A program made the position numbers and the translations under genes. This document shows, in pieces, positions 38,425 through 63,039 of a stretch of 64,000 nucleotides of DNA. Within the stretch, counting starts at the first letter, position 1, and the number at the start of each line of letters is the position of its first letter. The notes beneath the pieces were generated by a model. It had not been told where the DNA came from. It did no database searches and saw only the letters and a list, made by a program, of their open reading frames with translations. This DNA comes from the human T2T-CHM13v2.0 reference genome, Homo sapiens, in assembly GCF_009914755.1 (NCBI RefSeq), contig NC_060935.1; one strand, 5' to 3'.

Positions 38425-40477
38425 GTGAGTTGATTTTGCTTTTTTAAAAGATACAGCAGCAAAAAAAAAAAAAAAGAAAAAAAAGAAAAAACTGACATTT
38501 CATTTACCTGCTTATTTTCAAAATTGAGACTTGCCTGGTTATATGTAGCATTTTAGCCCCATGTATATTTGAGTTTAATAAGAAAGTCTCTATTAGGAGA
38601 AGTTAGTCCATTTTAAGGGGATCCTAAGAAGCATTTTCTTCTTGTTCAGTATGCTTATTTATTTTGTATAGAAGGACTAAGCATTCACATTCCAAATATT
38701 ATCACATATTCAAAAGCAAAGTTTTATGCTGACAGCTTCCAATCATAGTTTTTCAAGAGACTGGTTAGAAAGAGAGCCACCTGGATTCAGGGACCTAATG
38801 TCTGGGCACCAGAATATTTTATCTGTTGGTCTTTGACAAATCACTTTTAAAGTTTTAATCAGGGGCTAAACGTTTTCTTATCTACTGGCATTATGAGATA
38901 ATTGTAAACTACTGTTTTATTTTTCTTAACACTAGTATATAATGTAAAGCCTGTCAAGGAATTGCAGTTATTTCAAATAGGATCATATTTATAAGGGGTT
39001 TTTGTCTTTAAAACTTTTTCCTGAACAGTAGTTGCTGCTTCATTATGAGAAGAGTGGTTGACTCCTTACATTAAACTTGAGTATTTTTTCTGAATTGGAC
39101 TTGAATGAGCTCTGTTCCATGGGTAAGCTTTTTATGTGGTGTTTGAGGCAATCCAGTATGAGTTGATGGTATGCATTGAGTAGTGGTAAACCTCTGAGCT
39201 GGTAGTTTTCAGTGTAGAAGCAAGCACTTTTTTTTTTTTTTTAACATAGCCTTACTAATCAATGATAAAGTTCCAAAAGGGAAGTTTAGGGTTCACCCTG
39301 GGCTGACATAGAATTCTAAAGACTGCTTCTCAGAACTCACTCATAGCTCTGTATCAAGTCTTATCTGGATTCATGAAGAAATGGTTATATGATCCAAAAT
39401 GATTCTAACCTCTTTAAACTCTGGTTCGCCTTCAGTGAATAATGACTATAACTTGCCTATGTAACAACACCTATGTTAATACTTCTAAAACTAGGTAACA
39501 GAACTTCCAGATGACTTTGCTGTTTGAACTCCCTTAGCCATAGGAGACTTGTCCTTCACTGCTGTTGGTTCCTAACTTCCTTTGTATGACAATTAGGAAG
39601 TAGAATTGAGGTTTTGTTTTATTGAGCACTGTAAGAAATCAGAGGTCCATTTTTTGCCTTTCCCCTTCCCTCTGTAGTGTCAGTATCCCATTTTTCTAAG
39701 GATTCTCTCAGGTAATGTTCATACTACTGTACTTTGCCATCTAAATAAACATAGTACAGCAGCACCCTTTCTGTTGACTAGAAGTTAGGCTGTTGTAATA
39801 ATAAACCCCTGAAACAGTGTGTTTATCAGTAACTAGTCTTCGTTTATTAATGTCATAATCCAGTTACCTTCCCTACTACTTCACAAAATATTAAAAGCAA
39901 AATTTCCATCCTGATCATAACATAGCAAACTTTAATTAGATACAAATTGAAACTGAGTTACAGCATTGGTGTGTATTTATTTTCACTTGAAATTGCAGTT
40001 TAGTTCATGTGGACTGAGACAGGCTTTTGGATTGGACTTGAAAAGATAGTACTCCTGCAGCTGAAAGGTAGTAGGAGAGCGTGATTTTTTTTTTTTTTTT
40101 TTTAATGTTTACTGGTCATGTATGTACCAAGAGTGGGAGTTGCTCCTTCGTTGCCTTCACAGCTAGTCCTAAGATTGGCAGAAGGTAAATGAAGGAGGGA
40201 ACACAAGCAGAGTGGAGTGCACGAAGCCTCCGAGTAGAAGTCAGTGGATGTGGGCTCTCATCTCTGTTACTGAACAGTTATGAGACCCTGGGCAAATTCA
40301 CTTTTAACCTTAAATTTCTGATCTGTAAAATGAAAAGTTTGGACTAAATAGCTCATGAATCTGTTCTGTGTCAGTATTATGATTCCTTTCTGTTGTATTA
40401 AACTTTTGGTCAAATCAGAATTTCTTATTCTGAGTTTATTTCAAAAGTCAGAGTCAGGTGAGACGATTTGATAATTT

Positions 40478-40570
40478 TTGTTTTTTTTTTGAGTCAGGGT
40501 CTCACTATGTTGCCCAGGTGCATCTTGAACTCCTGATCCTCCTGCCTTAGCCTCCTGAGTAGCTGGGATT
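40478..40570 (-). mobile_element. FLAM/Alu monomer fragment
   Basis: gagtcagggtctcactatgttgcccagg...agctgggatt. Confidence 0.85.
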
Positions 40571-43500
40571 CTGTTTGGTAATTTTTAATATCAGATTATA
40601 CATTTGCCTATATAACTGGCATTATTATTAGGAGGAGAAATTTCAACTTGGAAAGTTTTCGTTGTGTGGAAAAAACATAAGGACTTTGGGGAAGTTGACC
40701 AGTTTCATTTATAAGAAAAATGAGGATAAAGTTTTTACACATAGTTCTGAGAACCTACAGAATCCCAGGCATTATCTGGTGTTTAGAGGCCCTCTTGTTT
40801 GGCTAAATGTGTTGTCATTGTTGTGAATTCCAGACTATCCAAAAGAGAAGTTATTTTCAGTCTAGGTGGTATATTCCTGTAGGTGTATGAATTTTGAATG
40901 AAAAGAAAAATCCAATACATCAATGTATTTATAAATCTGAAGTGATAGTACCTACTTCATAGGATGTAGTTATTAATATGTTCTGAAATGGTTTATACTG
41001 AGCATTAGAAATTCAGTCTTTAGAACTTTTCTTCCTCTGTGACTGAAAACCAGATGACATGTCCCCATCTTTCACTTCCATTTAATTATCTTAAGGCACA
41101 TACTCCTGGAGGAAATCATCATTCACACAATAGTGATCCATCTTCTTATTGGAAGTTGAGAGAAACTATTCCCATCTTGACTTAATTCTCATCTCTTTGC
41201 TCACCTTAGAGCTGTCCTTCCGTGGGGCAGCTGTGCAGACTCTATACCAATTGCCTCCCTTACCCTGTGGCTAGAGGGGGTGGCAACAGTGCTTTGCTTG
41301 CTCAGAGGCATAACAGACTGCAGTGCCTCTCTCTTTTGGAAACTCGCTGTGTTTTAATTGTAGGTCTCCTAATTAAGATCTCTTTGTGCCTGCCCACATT
41401 CCACTAGTGTTGGCACAGAGCTTCAGCTTCCTTCTAGCACTTAACTGAAGGCCTTCAGTCGGGCCTTTTGTGAATATCTTGTCTCTTTCCATTCTTCCTC
41501 TGCCAAGGTGGAGAGCCCAGTGGCATAGACCTTTGAGAAGGGGGAAGCTTTGTGACTATCACTACTTTGGGAGGAATTTATTCGAGGATTGCTGGGATGG
41601 GACCTTCCTTTGTTTGCATATGTTATTTTCAGGGATTAAGAAAGGTTAAATTACTAATGAGTCTGGCATGATGTACCTACATTTTAATCAGATTCTTAAC
41701 CCTGTAGGCACTAGTAGGAAAGAGGATGCCACAGAGTTCACTGTTACAAAGTATTTCCTTGGATCTTATCTAGACTGGTTTATGAAACTTGATGAGTAAA
41801 ATATTGTCGTGGAGTAAATCTCAGACTCGTGATTTTTGTGGACTCTGAGGTTGTTGAAGACAAGACAATCAGATGAAATTATTGATTGCTCCTAAGTTGT
41901 ATCGGCTTTGAGACACAGACTGAATTAAAGTTAGCTTTCAGATCTGAGTTAACTTTTGATTAGAAAGACTTTAGGAGGTTCTGGAAATTGTTGAGTTAAT
42001 TAAGAATACCCTTGTAGGCTCCACTATTTCTTGAGATTTTCAGGAATTGTCTAGGCTTCTAGAGTATTTTCAGAATAAGATAAAATAGCTTTTCTGGAAA
42101 AAGTAGTTTGACTTTAGTTTCCAGGACCTTCGTATTCAAAATACAGTATGTTCTTTACTAGATCTACATGTGGCATGCTAGAGAAAATGCTATCTTTTAT
42201 TAAGAAAAAGGAATCTTAAGTCCTTTACCTGGACCCAGATGGCTTCATTGATCACATCAGTATGAGGTTACGCAGACAAAGGGCTATTTTTGTTGTTGTT
42301 ATTGTCATTTCATTGGTTGTTGAAGAAGGCCTGGGAGAAGGAAGTACAGGATCTTTTATGGCATGCATTAAATAAAGCTGGAGGCCTGCACTCTTATACC
42401 TGAGTGGGTGGTTTTATGGCCTAATTCTCTAATTGCTGGCATTTATGACAGTGTGGATGCTACTGGCCCTGTGGCTGAGGTAGATTATGCTGGGAATAGG
42501 GAGGAAAAAGGGGTCCTTTTGTTAGCCTTTTCATTTTGCCCCTCAATAAAGTCTCTGCAAAAACCCTGAGGAAATACAGAGACACTTGGACTGAGGGAAT
42601 GACTTCCCATAAAATGGTTCTTTATGTTTTTAAAATGATGAGCCGCTTTTCTTGACCTATCCAAAGAAATCCATACCACCACTGTTAAATATTTCAATGA
42701 GTTTTTTACCTTGTCAGGTTACACACCAGGGGAAGCCAACCATGAGACTGTAGCTGCTGCCAAACATTCGCTTCTAAAGACTTAAGACATTTGAAAGAAG
42801 AATTTTGTTACGTGATTTGTAATTGTTGTGGATGATATAAATCCCCTTGAAGGATTAGTCCAAAACTTCTAAGAGGCCAAGCTTGGTTTAACTTTTAGAT
42901 GTTGAATTGAATGTATTGCCCTAATGAGTTTTAGTTTTAAGGAAACAACAAAGATATAAGAGTTAGTTGGCAGTTTTGTGTGCAGTGTATGAAAATTCCC
43001 CTTCCCTTGAAATGAGTAGTTGTTTTTCTATTTGACAAATAGACTGAAGGGATTTCCCCAGATATCTTACCTTCAATTATTGCTGCAGCAGTACCCTGTG
43101 AAGTACCAGTGGGCAGCATCGGTCCAGTAGCATTTATTTCAGGAGCTGGAGTTTCTTCCGTATATAGTGTTTTATCCATTTTCTTGCATTTCTGGTTTTG
43201 TGTTTTGTTGGGATGTTTGGGTATAGATGTTTTGATGTCTTTCAGCAACAAAAGATATGAATCTTTCTAACATTCATACTGTTTTAGAGAGATCCACTTG
43301 TATTATCTATGCTTTGCTGAAGCATCATTGTTTCATTCTTATTTTACAGCATCAAGGTAATGGTAGCTTTCTGTCTTGAATTAGGAGAGTGATATTACTT
43401 GTGAGAAGGGTTTTGGAGAATAGTTTTTTCTTTAGGTTGTCCTTTATACTATCTCAGTTCTAAACACTAGGGAAAAGTTAATTCTTATCTCTAATAAATA

Positions 43501-43774
43501 TCCTACACCTAGAGAAAGAAATATTTACACATGCCCATATTCAACTTCTGTCCATCCATGAGGATTGACCACTTTTTAGATCAAACACAAACATTGTCCC
43601 TAGATTATTGCCTTTAATTATAAGCAGTAAAACCTTGTGGATAACATCTCTTTAAGCTTAGCTAATGAGGAAATCCTTTTGTAATCTCTTTGGCTAGGAT
43701 TTTTTATTTGTGCATATATAAATACCTTTACAGAAGAAAGGGAGAATCTCATAATCTAATCTGTAGTGGTGTGA

Positions 43775-44325
43775 GATCGTTTAGCATAGTAATTAAGAGT
43801 TGTTAAGACCATGGGCTCTGGATTTAAACTGCCTGAGTTCAAATCTAAGCTCAGCCATCTTGAAAAAGTTTTTTTTGTGTTTTGTTTGGTTTGTTTGAGA
43901 CAGGATCTTGCTTTGTTGCCTAGGCTAGAGTGTAATGGCACAAACATTTCATTTCAGCCTCAACCTCCAGGGCTCAAGCAATCCTCTTGTCTCAGCCTCC
44001 TAAGTAGCTGGGACTACAGGCATGCACCACCACACTCAGCTAATTGTTTTATTTGTTGTAGAGATGGGAGTCTCACCATGTTGCCCAGGTTGGTCTTGAA
44101 CTCCTGGCCTCAAGTGGTCCCCCTACCTCAGCCTCCCAAAGTGTTGGGATTACAAATGTGAGGCACTGCACCCAACCAGAAAAGTTTTTGAACCTCTCCA
44201 TACCTCTGTTTCTTCATTTGTAACTGAGAGGTACTCATGCTTCATAGTCTCATTGTGAGGCTTAAGTGAGATCATGCATGTAAGCACTTAGCATTTTGCC
44301 TGGCACATAGGAAGCCCTAATTGTT
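43775..44325. mobile_element. MIR (+) split by an AluJ (-) at 43869-44177
   Basis: MIR halves on both sides; TSD gaaaa(a)gttttt. Confidence 0.85.
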
Positions 44326-45022
44326 AGAACCAAGAGATTGAAAGGAGAGCAGGGTTATAATCTTTTTTTTTCATCAAAATAACTGGTTTTTATTACATTA
44401 AGTTATACCTGTATATGTATGCATACATACACCTATTTGAGTGCTATAATCTTAGAATGTTCTTGATATTAGTCTGAGTGTCAAGTTCTTCTATAAACTA
44501 GGTGGAACCAAATTGAAGGCCAGCCACCCGTCTTGGTAACAACATTAGTGTCCAACTAAAGCATATTAAAGATAAGGCAAAAAAGAAGAAAGAAAACAAG
44601 ATGGTAAATAGGCAAGTAAGATACCGAGGAACACAGTGCCTCCATGAGTTGCTAATTATCAGGCCAAGGCAGCTATAATGGGGTTGCTACCTGTTGTCTC
44701 TATAACTAGTGTTCCTGATATTTTTATGAGGAGGCACTTGGTCGTTCCTTATAACAGCTCTGAGGCTCTTCAGGGTTCTTGGGCTCCAGGTTCAGACCCA
44801 TTAGTCTATACTTGATGACATTTGTTCTTAAGTGTCAGCTTGAGGAGAATGAGTGCTGGTCTACAGAGATCAATGCAAGTAACCATTTAATTATAGAAGA
44901 AATGCTGAATTGTAGGTTGCAATTTCTGGGGGTTGGAACTTGAGCAGAATGGTCAAAAGCAGATTAGAGTTTAAGAATAACTAGTAAAGAGTAGTGTGTT
45001 TAAGGAGGAAAAGTACAGTTTT

Positions 45023-45725
<703 letters not shown>

Positions 45726-46829
45726 TCAGAAACTGAGGCACAGACAAGTTAAACAGTTTTCCTTAAGTTATATGGCTAGTAAGTGGCAGGGCTAGAATTT
45801 AAATCTGAACCTACATCTGTTTGAAAGTTGATTCTTGCTCTCTACACTGTGCTGTCTTTAAGTCCTTTCTCTTCCCACTCACATCCAATCAATTTCTGAG
45901 TCTTGTCCATTATATTATTGTAGTGTTTCTTTCATTTGTCCCTGCTGTTCTGTTCCTGCTGTCCTAGTTTAAATTTCCATTACTTTTGGATAGTTTATTG
46001 TGGTAATCTTCTCATTGGTCTTCCCACCTATCTTTTCACCCTACACAGTGCTTCACAATATGATAGTTTTCTTAAATACAGATCAGAGTATGTCACTTTA
46101 TTCCTAAAATTCTTTGGCTTCTCACTGAATATGAAATAAAATTTCAGATTCTCAGCGCTGCATGATCTTGCTAGCCTGTATTTCTAAATTTTGAACCGTG
46201 TCTCCTGAATGTACATCGTTACTGCTTCAACCACATTGGACTACTGAACTATTAGGTGTTCTCCACAGTCTTTGTTTATCTGCCTTTGTACCTTTGCTAA
46301 AGCCTCTCCTTTGCCTTAAAGTCTTTCCCATTTTGACCTGTCTTGGGCTTATTATTCGTCTCCCATGGTTCAACTCAGATCCCCAGATCCTAACTCTTCC
46401 ATGAAGTTTTCACAGATTGTACTGCTAGTTGAAACTGAACTTCTTTCCTGTTTTCTTTTTGTGTTTTGTATGTTATCCTTAAAAAATTTAACCCCGTATA
46501 CCTTATGTCGTGGTACTTTTGAAATGTGTCTGTCTTTGTCCCATTAGATAGTGACTCCCTTAAGACACGGGCCATTTCTAAGTCATCATTTATGTTTTAT
46601 GTTTTTTATAATGGTGACTTTTTATATAGTATTTGTTGAATTGAAAATTTGATGTCCATACAACTTTTAGGAATACTTTGCTGGGACACATTACATAAAC
46701 TAGGAGAACTTAAGACTACGAACAGAATATTTGGACTAATCATTAAGAAATACTAATTTAAGTATGGCAAAGGAAAGCACAGGTGCCATGATGCGACATT
46801 TTTGTAAAGGTATTGATTGGGGTTTTGAA

Positions 46830-47340
46830 AGCGATGTTAGGGTATCCTGATGGGATGGCATTATCTTTTATGTAGATAATACTTAGCACTGATCATCCCC
46901 TTACTTGAGTGTTGTTTCCATTTCTAGGTTCCTCAACTTAAAAGGGATGAGGAGACCTTGGAGACGGTTCTGAGGAGACTCAAAAGATGATTATATGATT
47001 GGAAGTCAGTCCTATGAGGAAAGGTTGAGAGAATGAAAGGTTAAGAGGCAACTTAATAACTCTTCAAAAAACATGAATGGATCCATTATTAGGAATGGTA
47101 ACCAGCGGTTTCCCAGCTCCACTGACAGCAGAATAAGAGAAAATAGGTTTAAACCGAAATCAGGAGTAGTTGTGTAAAGAACTTATTGGTAATGATGGTT
47201 GTCATTACAGTCATGGTAAAAAGGTTACCAAAATAATTTTATTATCTTCTCTGGAAGTATATTTTAAAAGTACAGTCCTGCCTACATATGTATAAAATGA
47301 CCTCTTAAGCTACCTTTTCCTTCTGTGAATCAGTAAATAA
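46830..47340 (+). mobile_element. L3/CR1 LINE 3' fragment
   Basis: Decayed CR1 ORF2 C-terminal motifs: ttagcactgatcatccccttacttgagtgttgt (ALVRPHLEYC-like), tcctatgaggaaaggttga (SYEERL), aggttaagaggcaacttaata (RLRGDLI-like). Confidence 0.75.
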
Positions 47341-48578
47341 ATTCTTATTCAGCTCCTCGAAGCAATAATTACTTTCCAGTAGGAAGCTTCCAGAGATATT
47401 TCTTTAGGAAGTAATGGTTTTTGTAGTGGCTTTATAGGAGAATACAAATTTTTAAGTGGAGCTAAGAGAGAAATCTTAAACATCAAGAGAAACCAAGGAA
47501 AACAGTAGGTGTGGTATCAATATAGGAAACAAATAAGTATTTGTAGCTTTTATGTCCATTTTCAGTTGTCATTTAAAGAGGTATAGTTCAGAATAGCTCT
47601 TGTTAAGGCTGTCACTGCTTGTGGATACATTGTAACAAATGCTTATAAATCATTTCCAAACTAATAGAAGTTTGCTTCATGTTAGTTAGTATTATAAAAG
47701 CCTCTGACCCTTGGCTTTTGAGGCTGTGTAGAGGGCTTGCATCACTCAGAATGAAACCTTTTTAGATATGTTGGGTTGCAGAAAGCATTTCCTGTACAGT
47801 CAGAATGAAAACTTGAATTGGGATTATTCATATAGATTACCAAAAGTCTGGGCAGAGCTGATATTACCACCAGCCAGTTTTCCTACTAACTCTTAACTCC
47901 AAAACCTTCATTGGGTTATTGAAGCTTTAGGACTTTTGAATTTCCTACTGGAATTGTGTATGAATTCCTTCTTTCAAGTGAACTGATACTAGATTTATTT
48001 AAGATTAGTTATACATCTTAAGTATTTTTTAAGTGGCATATAATGAATGGTCTCTACTTTTAACCAGTCTCATAAAATGCCTGGGGTTCATAGGTGAAGC
48101 TGGATTGTTGCAGGAATTCTGCAATTGTTGGCAAAGCGAAGGGCAGTTTGACTCCTTAATTATAAAGTTGGATGTCATTTGAGAAACTCTGGGAATTGGA
48201 AGTAGAACAAATTCATACTTTCCCTATAACTTTTAATTTCTTGTCATACATTCAGAAAACAAGAGATGTAAAATTCATAAAACTGCTTGTATAAATTCAG
48301 AAAACGGGATTATAAAAGCAAAGACAAATTGTCTTACGATTCTTTGTTCTACTTGAGAGATTCAAGTGTTGGAGTAATAAAAAATACCAGGGACTTTCTT
48401 TTTTTTAATAGGTTAATGCCACCTAATGTGGGCTTCTCAGAATGTGATGGCAAACTTCCAAATATGATGTGGGAGCCAAAAGAGACCAACTGGTTTTACA
48501 AAATATTAAGAACACAAAATTTCCCAACTCATATATTTGAATATTCCTAAAAAATAATAAGTCAAAATTGTGTTGGTG

Positions 48579-48972
<394 letters not shown>

Positions 48973-50433
48973 CTAATTTTACACTGCTCCTTCAGCAAAC
49001 TGACTTTATGGAGAGATAACCCTGTTTACCTTTAGAAAGAAGGAAGTTGTGGATTCCTCAGTCTTACTCCCATTACTATTGGTCATTCAACAGCCCATCT
49101 TCCCAGAAGGAAAGATGTAACCTGACTTTTGCACCAGAATAAGAACAACAAACGGAAGAAAAAAACTGAGTTTTATAGTAGAAGTTTGTAGTTGAATGAG
49201 CATGTAGCTCAAAATGAAGTTAACCACTTAAACTTGTCATATGGGGGACCAAAATTTCTTATAATAAAAAGAACTATATCTGAAAATAAAGTTGGTGTTT
49301 GTTTAATTTTTCTAGCCTATTCAAATCAATCTGGTCATTTATGGTACTTTCCTATTAGAGAAAAATAAACCCTGTGATTGTGATGCTTAACTTAATTTTC
49401 TACAGTGAATCAGTTAAGTGGGCTTATTTTTTCTGCTTTAGCAAGTAGATAAACCAGTTCAGACTTGGAACCTGAGGATTCTGGAAATACACCTTTCTTG
49501 AGTTTTTGGTTTTTTTTTTTTAAAGATTCTGCAGAATAATTTGGGACATTGCCAGGAATCAGAATAGTTTACTATCTGAAGTAGTGCATTCATTTTGCTG
49601 TTTTTTGTTTTTTTGTTTTTAAGACAGATAAGCTACTTTATGACTACCTCTTTTTCTGAAGCAGGGTGGGTGGAGGTCACCTGTCTCATTTGCTTTGCTG
49701 TTTTCAGCATCTTTGCTGCTTATTCTTGTTGACATGGAGTGGGGATGAGGGGTACTACCTATTTCTCTAGTTACAAAGTGAGTAGCATTTGTGTTTCTTA
49801 GGTGACAGTTGCTAGGTAGAATTGAATTAAATATTTGAAAACTGGACTTCATTCTTGTGTGGGTGAAATTTTTACCTTCTGTTGTTATTGAAGAACACAG
49901 AATTATTGTCTTAGCGCTCTTTAATCCCAAGTGACCTTTTTGTGTTAACATTTCTCAATATCAGGCAGAGATCATATTTAAACAGTTTCAATCTCTTCCT
50001 ATCTGTTATGCATTCAAATAATCATTGTTCTCTTGATGCACCAATAACCAGAGAGAATCTGCCCTTGTTCCTGCCCCTGACAATCTGTTCACAAGAGAAT
50101 ATGATGTCAGTTCAATAACAGCATACATTTCTTGACTGGTTGAATTTCATTAACTATTTGGCTTAAGAAGTTTGCCCCTTGATGTCTGTGTATTTGACTG
50201 TGCTTGGGTATATTATACTTTTCTTACTGATTGAGCAGCATTATTTTTATATTCTGCTTTTGGAAATGATTTACAGGTGTCACTACATTTTTTTTCTACT
50301 ACAAATAATGAAAAAGTACCTGCAAAGAGGCTCATCTTCCTAAAAATGGCTATCATAAATATTGCATTACAAAGTAAGAAATAGAAATTGAAAAATCGAA
50401 TTCATTTATCAAAGAACATCTTTTATACTCTAG

Positions 50434-52228
<1,795 letters not shown>

Positions 52229-53776
52229 GGAAGTGCCCCCTTCTATCTAAGGCCAACCTCTCCATTTGAGCTCTGGATCCCATCTCCTCTCATCTAGTCA
52301 GGGTTGTACCTGCAGTTATCTCATCTCTCCTGCTGCATAGGTAATTTCTCTCTCACAACTAGATTGGTCCCATCACCATATAAAACTATCTGCCTTAATA
52401 TAATCCTTTAAAAAAACGCTTGACCCCACGTCCACCTCTAGCTGCTACCTGATTCTTTTCTCCCTTTTCACAGCAAAACTCCTTGAAAGTGCTGTGTGTA
52501 ATTGCTATTTCTACTTTCTCACCTTTCATTCTTTCCTCAACTACTCCAGTTGGGCTTTTATCCCCATGATGCCTCTGAAATAGCTCTTATCAAGGTTCTC
52601 AAGGAGCTCTATTTTACCAGATTGAATAGATAATTCTCAGTTCTCATCTTGTTAAACCCTTTGGCAGCCTTTGAACCAGCTGACCACTCCCTTCTTGGAT
52701 TTTTTTTTTTAACATTGTACTCACCTGTTTTTCTTCTTAACTCATTGGCTGTTAATTTTCAGTATTCTGTATGGCTTCCCTCCTCTGCTTAACTCTCCTG
52801 AATAAGGTTCCCAGGAGTCTACTTTTCACTGCCTTCTCTGTCTACACACTCTTCCTAGGTCATCTCATCCAGGCCTCATCTATACGCTGACAACTAAGAA
52901 ATCTTTTTCTCTAACACTGACTACTTCTCAGAGTTCCAGGCTTGTATAGCCTGCTGCCAATTTGATATTTCCATTTGGCTAATATTTACTGAGTGTTTAT
53001 TGTGGGCCAGGCTATATTCTGAGCACTTCACATGAATTATCTCACCTAACCTTCATGACCATTGTCTGAAGTATCACTAGTATTCCCATTTCATAGGCAA
53101 GGAAACACATATACATTGAAGCACTTGGATACCTAATAGGTATCTCTTACTTACCATATCTAAAAAGTCTTGACTTTCTTCCTCAAACCTTTTCCATTCC
53201 CAGTCTCTTTGTTTCTTAATTATTCCACCAAAAATCCAGTTGCTCAGGCCTAACATGTAAGATTTATCGTCGATTTATCTCTTTTATTCACATCTCACAT
53301 CTATCCCATCAGCAAATTCTGTCTGTATTACATCCAAAATAAGCCCTAAATTCAACTACCTCTCAACAACTTTGCTACCAAAACCTCAGACTCTCCCATT
53401 ATAGTCTCTTGGTTGGAGTTGCTTATGTTATTACCTCACTAAAGTTTGTTTCTCACATAGCAACAGTAAACTCTGGTATCAAATCCTATTCCTTCACTTT
53501 AAACCTATCTGTGTCTCCCCACACTGCTAGGATAAATCCAGATTCCTTACTATGGCCAACAAAGCCACACGTAAGCTGGCCTCTGGTCAAGCCTACTTCT
53601 CGAGCATTGTCTCTTCTCATCTCATCCATTCTGCTATATAGCCACACTAGCCTTTTTCTGTCTGTCATGCATGCTGTGCCTGTTGCTGTCTTGGGGCCTT
53701 TGCACTTGCTCTCAGGCTAGAACACTACTCCACCAAGGTCTTTATATGTCTGACTTTTTCTCATTTAGGCCTAACC

Positions 53777-54222
53777 AGGTTTGGCAAGTTTTTTTCTGCA
53801 AAGGGCCAGATGGCCTCTGTTGAAACTACTCCACTCTGTTGTTGTAAGTGCAAAAGCAACCATAGGCAATACAGATGCTCCCCAACTTACGAAGGGGCTA
53901 CATCCTGAAAAACCCATACATCAAAAATGTCATAAGTCAAAGATACGTTTAATACACTTACAAGCTCGTCGTAAAGTCAAAAATTGTAAGTCAGACCATT
54001 GTAAGTCAGGGACTGTCTGTCCATTAACAACTGAACGTGGCCATGTTCCAATACAATTTTATTTATGAACACTGAAATTTGAATTTCATATAGTTTTCAT
54101 GTACACAAAATATTCTTTTGACTTTAAAAAAATGGTTAATTTTTTTTTTTTTTAATTTTAACTTGCAGAACAATTGATGGTGGGCCAAATTCGGCCTGTG
54201 GCCCATAGTTTTCCAGTCTTCG
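53777..54222 (+). mobile_element. MER58-like hAT-Charlie element
   Basis: caggtttggcaagttttttt...aaagggccagat...gttccaatacaattttatttatgaacactgaaatttgaatttcatat...gggccaaattcggcctgtggcccatagttt. Confidence 0.8.
53872..54019 (+). mobile_element. MER47/Tigger5-like MITE nested in MER58
   Basis: Imperfect TIRs cagatgctccccaacttacga / ttgtaagtcagggactgtctg, preceded by TA. Confidence 0.8.
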
Positions 54223-54959
54223 GTAAACTATTGCCTTAGAGAAGCCTTTCCTGTCTACCCTAGCGAATATAACCCCACAGCTAACACCTCTCCACCCCCC
54301 ACTCCTGTCAATTCTTATTGTCCTAGTGTCTTTTTTCTTCTTAGAGACAGGGTTTCACTCTGTCACCCAGGTTGGAGCGCAGTGGCTCAGTCAGTTCACT
54401 GCAGCCTCAAACTCTTGGGCTCACATGAACCTCCTGCCTCAGCCTTCCTGGTAGCTAGGATTACAGGCGAGAGCCACCATGCCCAGCCCCTAGTGTCTTT
54501 TATTTATTTGTTATATGTTTATTTTCTGTCTCTCCATTAGATTGTAGCTTCATGGGGCAGGAATTTTGTTAGTTCTTTACATGTATCTTGAGAGTCAAAC
54601 AGTACCTGGCAATACTCAATAAATACTTATTGAATGATTGAGTGACAGTCATATTTGAATTATGCCTGTAGCCTGCTATCTGGTCCCCCTTTTTTAAGTC
54701 TTTCTTACTCTAGTTCATTATATATACCATTTCCAGAATAAACTTCACAGTTAATGCCTTCTCTACATTTGAGAACCAATGGTAGCAGTCTGTATTCATT
54801 GCATTTGCTTTGACCATACCATACAAGAATTAACAAGGTTCTGATTATTTCATTTGTCTTCTATCTTGGCCCTACTCTGGCTACCCCTTTTCAGCCTAAT
54901 CAGTTTTTACCAATCCTCCAATCCTTGCATCTGATTTTCTTCCCCCTCTCTGCCCCTTA

Positions 54960-55933
<974 letters not shown>

Positions 55934-56554
55934 CATGCCTATATATTTCTAAGTATGTAGGTATTCCTCAGAACTCTGCCATCTACCCTCCTTTTCTTTC
56001 AGTACTATATTCTTTCCCTGGGTGACTGAATTCATACACAGTTTCAGCATTCATATATTCATTGAGTCAGATGTGTTTTCTTCAGATCATTATACCCTTT
56101 AGACAACGTGGATAAACATTTCAAATTCAGATGTCTAAAATGATCTCTCTTCCCACTCCTTTAAACCTGTCTCCTTTCTGTGTTCCCAGTCTTGGTAAAT
56201 ACCACCATAAACCTAATCAACCTAAGCCAGACATCCACAAGTGTTTTATTGATTCTTTGCACTCCCTTAAACCTTTATATCAAAGTCTTGTCCATTTTGC
56301 CTCCTAATGTCTATAGGATCTGTCCTTTTCCCCTTAATCCGTATGGCCACTACAGTCATTTTACAACTGTTCTTCCTGCCTCTACTTCTCTACTGCTGTC
56401 ATAGCTTTTGGCAGCAAAAATCCAAATCTAATCATACTTCTCTCCTACCAGAGTCACTAATCTGCTATAGCCTTCAGGATGAGGTCTACACGTCCTCAAA
56501 GATAAACTTCAAACTCATGAAGGCATATAAGACCTTTCATGATACACCTCCTGC

Positions 56555-62551
<5,997 letters not shown>

Positions 62552-63039
62552 ATTTCTTTTAAAGATTAATAACTTTTTATTACCTGTTGAATACTTTACC
62601 TATTGATTATTATATGTATAGTTGCTTGAGCTGTCAATCATTGTAGCATTTGGAACATAAAATGCGTGTATTTAGCAATGTAGTCCCCTAGTAAGTGTTG
62701 GGAAATCCCCAGATGTCTTTGTGAAATGCATAGATTAGCAGGTTGTTCCACGAGTATAATTCAGGAAAAGAATGAATTAATCAGAAATTTGAAGGATCTG
62801 AAAATGGCCATCATGTGACTTTTACAGTAGCTAAAAGAATAGCAATTTTTGTACTTTAGACAACTTATTCAATTCCTTTAAATATTTATTGTTTTATATT
62901 GTATCTATTATGGTAGGAAAACTATTCTACAGCCAGTTTAGACACTTAGGTTCTTTGTAGCTAACTGTGTGATCTTGGGCAAGTCATTTGGCCTTTTAGA
63001 GCTTCATTTTCTTCAAACACAACAATAAGAACTACTATG

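Larger units (their letters stand above)
52235..54650 (+). mobile_element. Long fragmented L2 with MIR, MER and Alu-monomer insertions
   Basis: Pyrimidine-rich L2 body and 3' end (cagtacctggcaatactcaataaatacttattgaatga). Confidence 0.75.
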
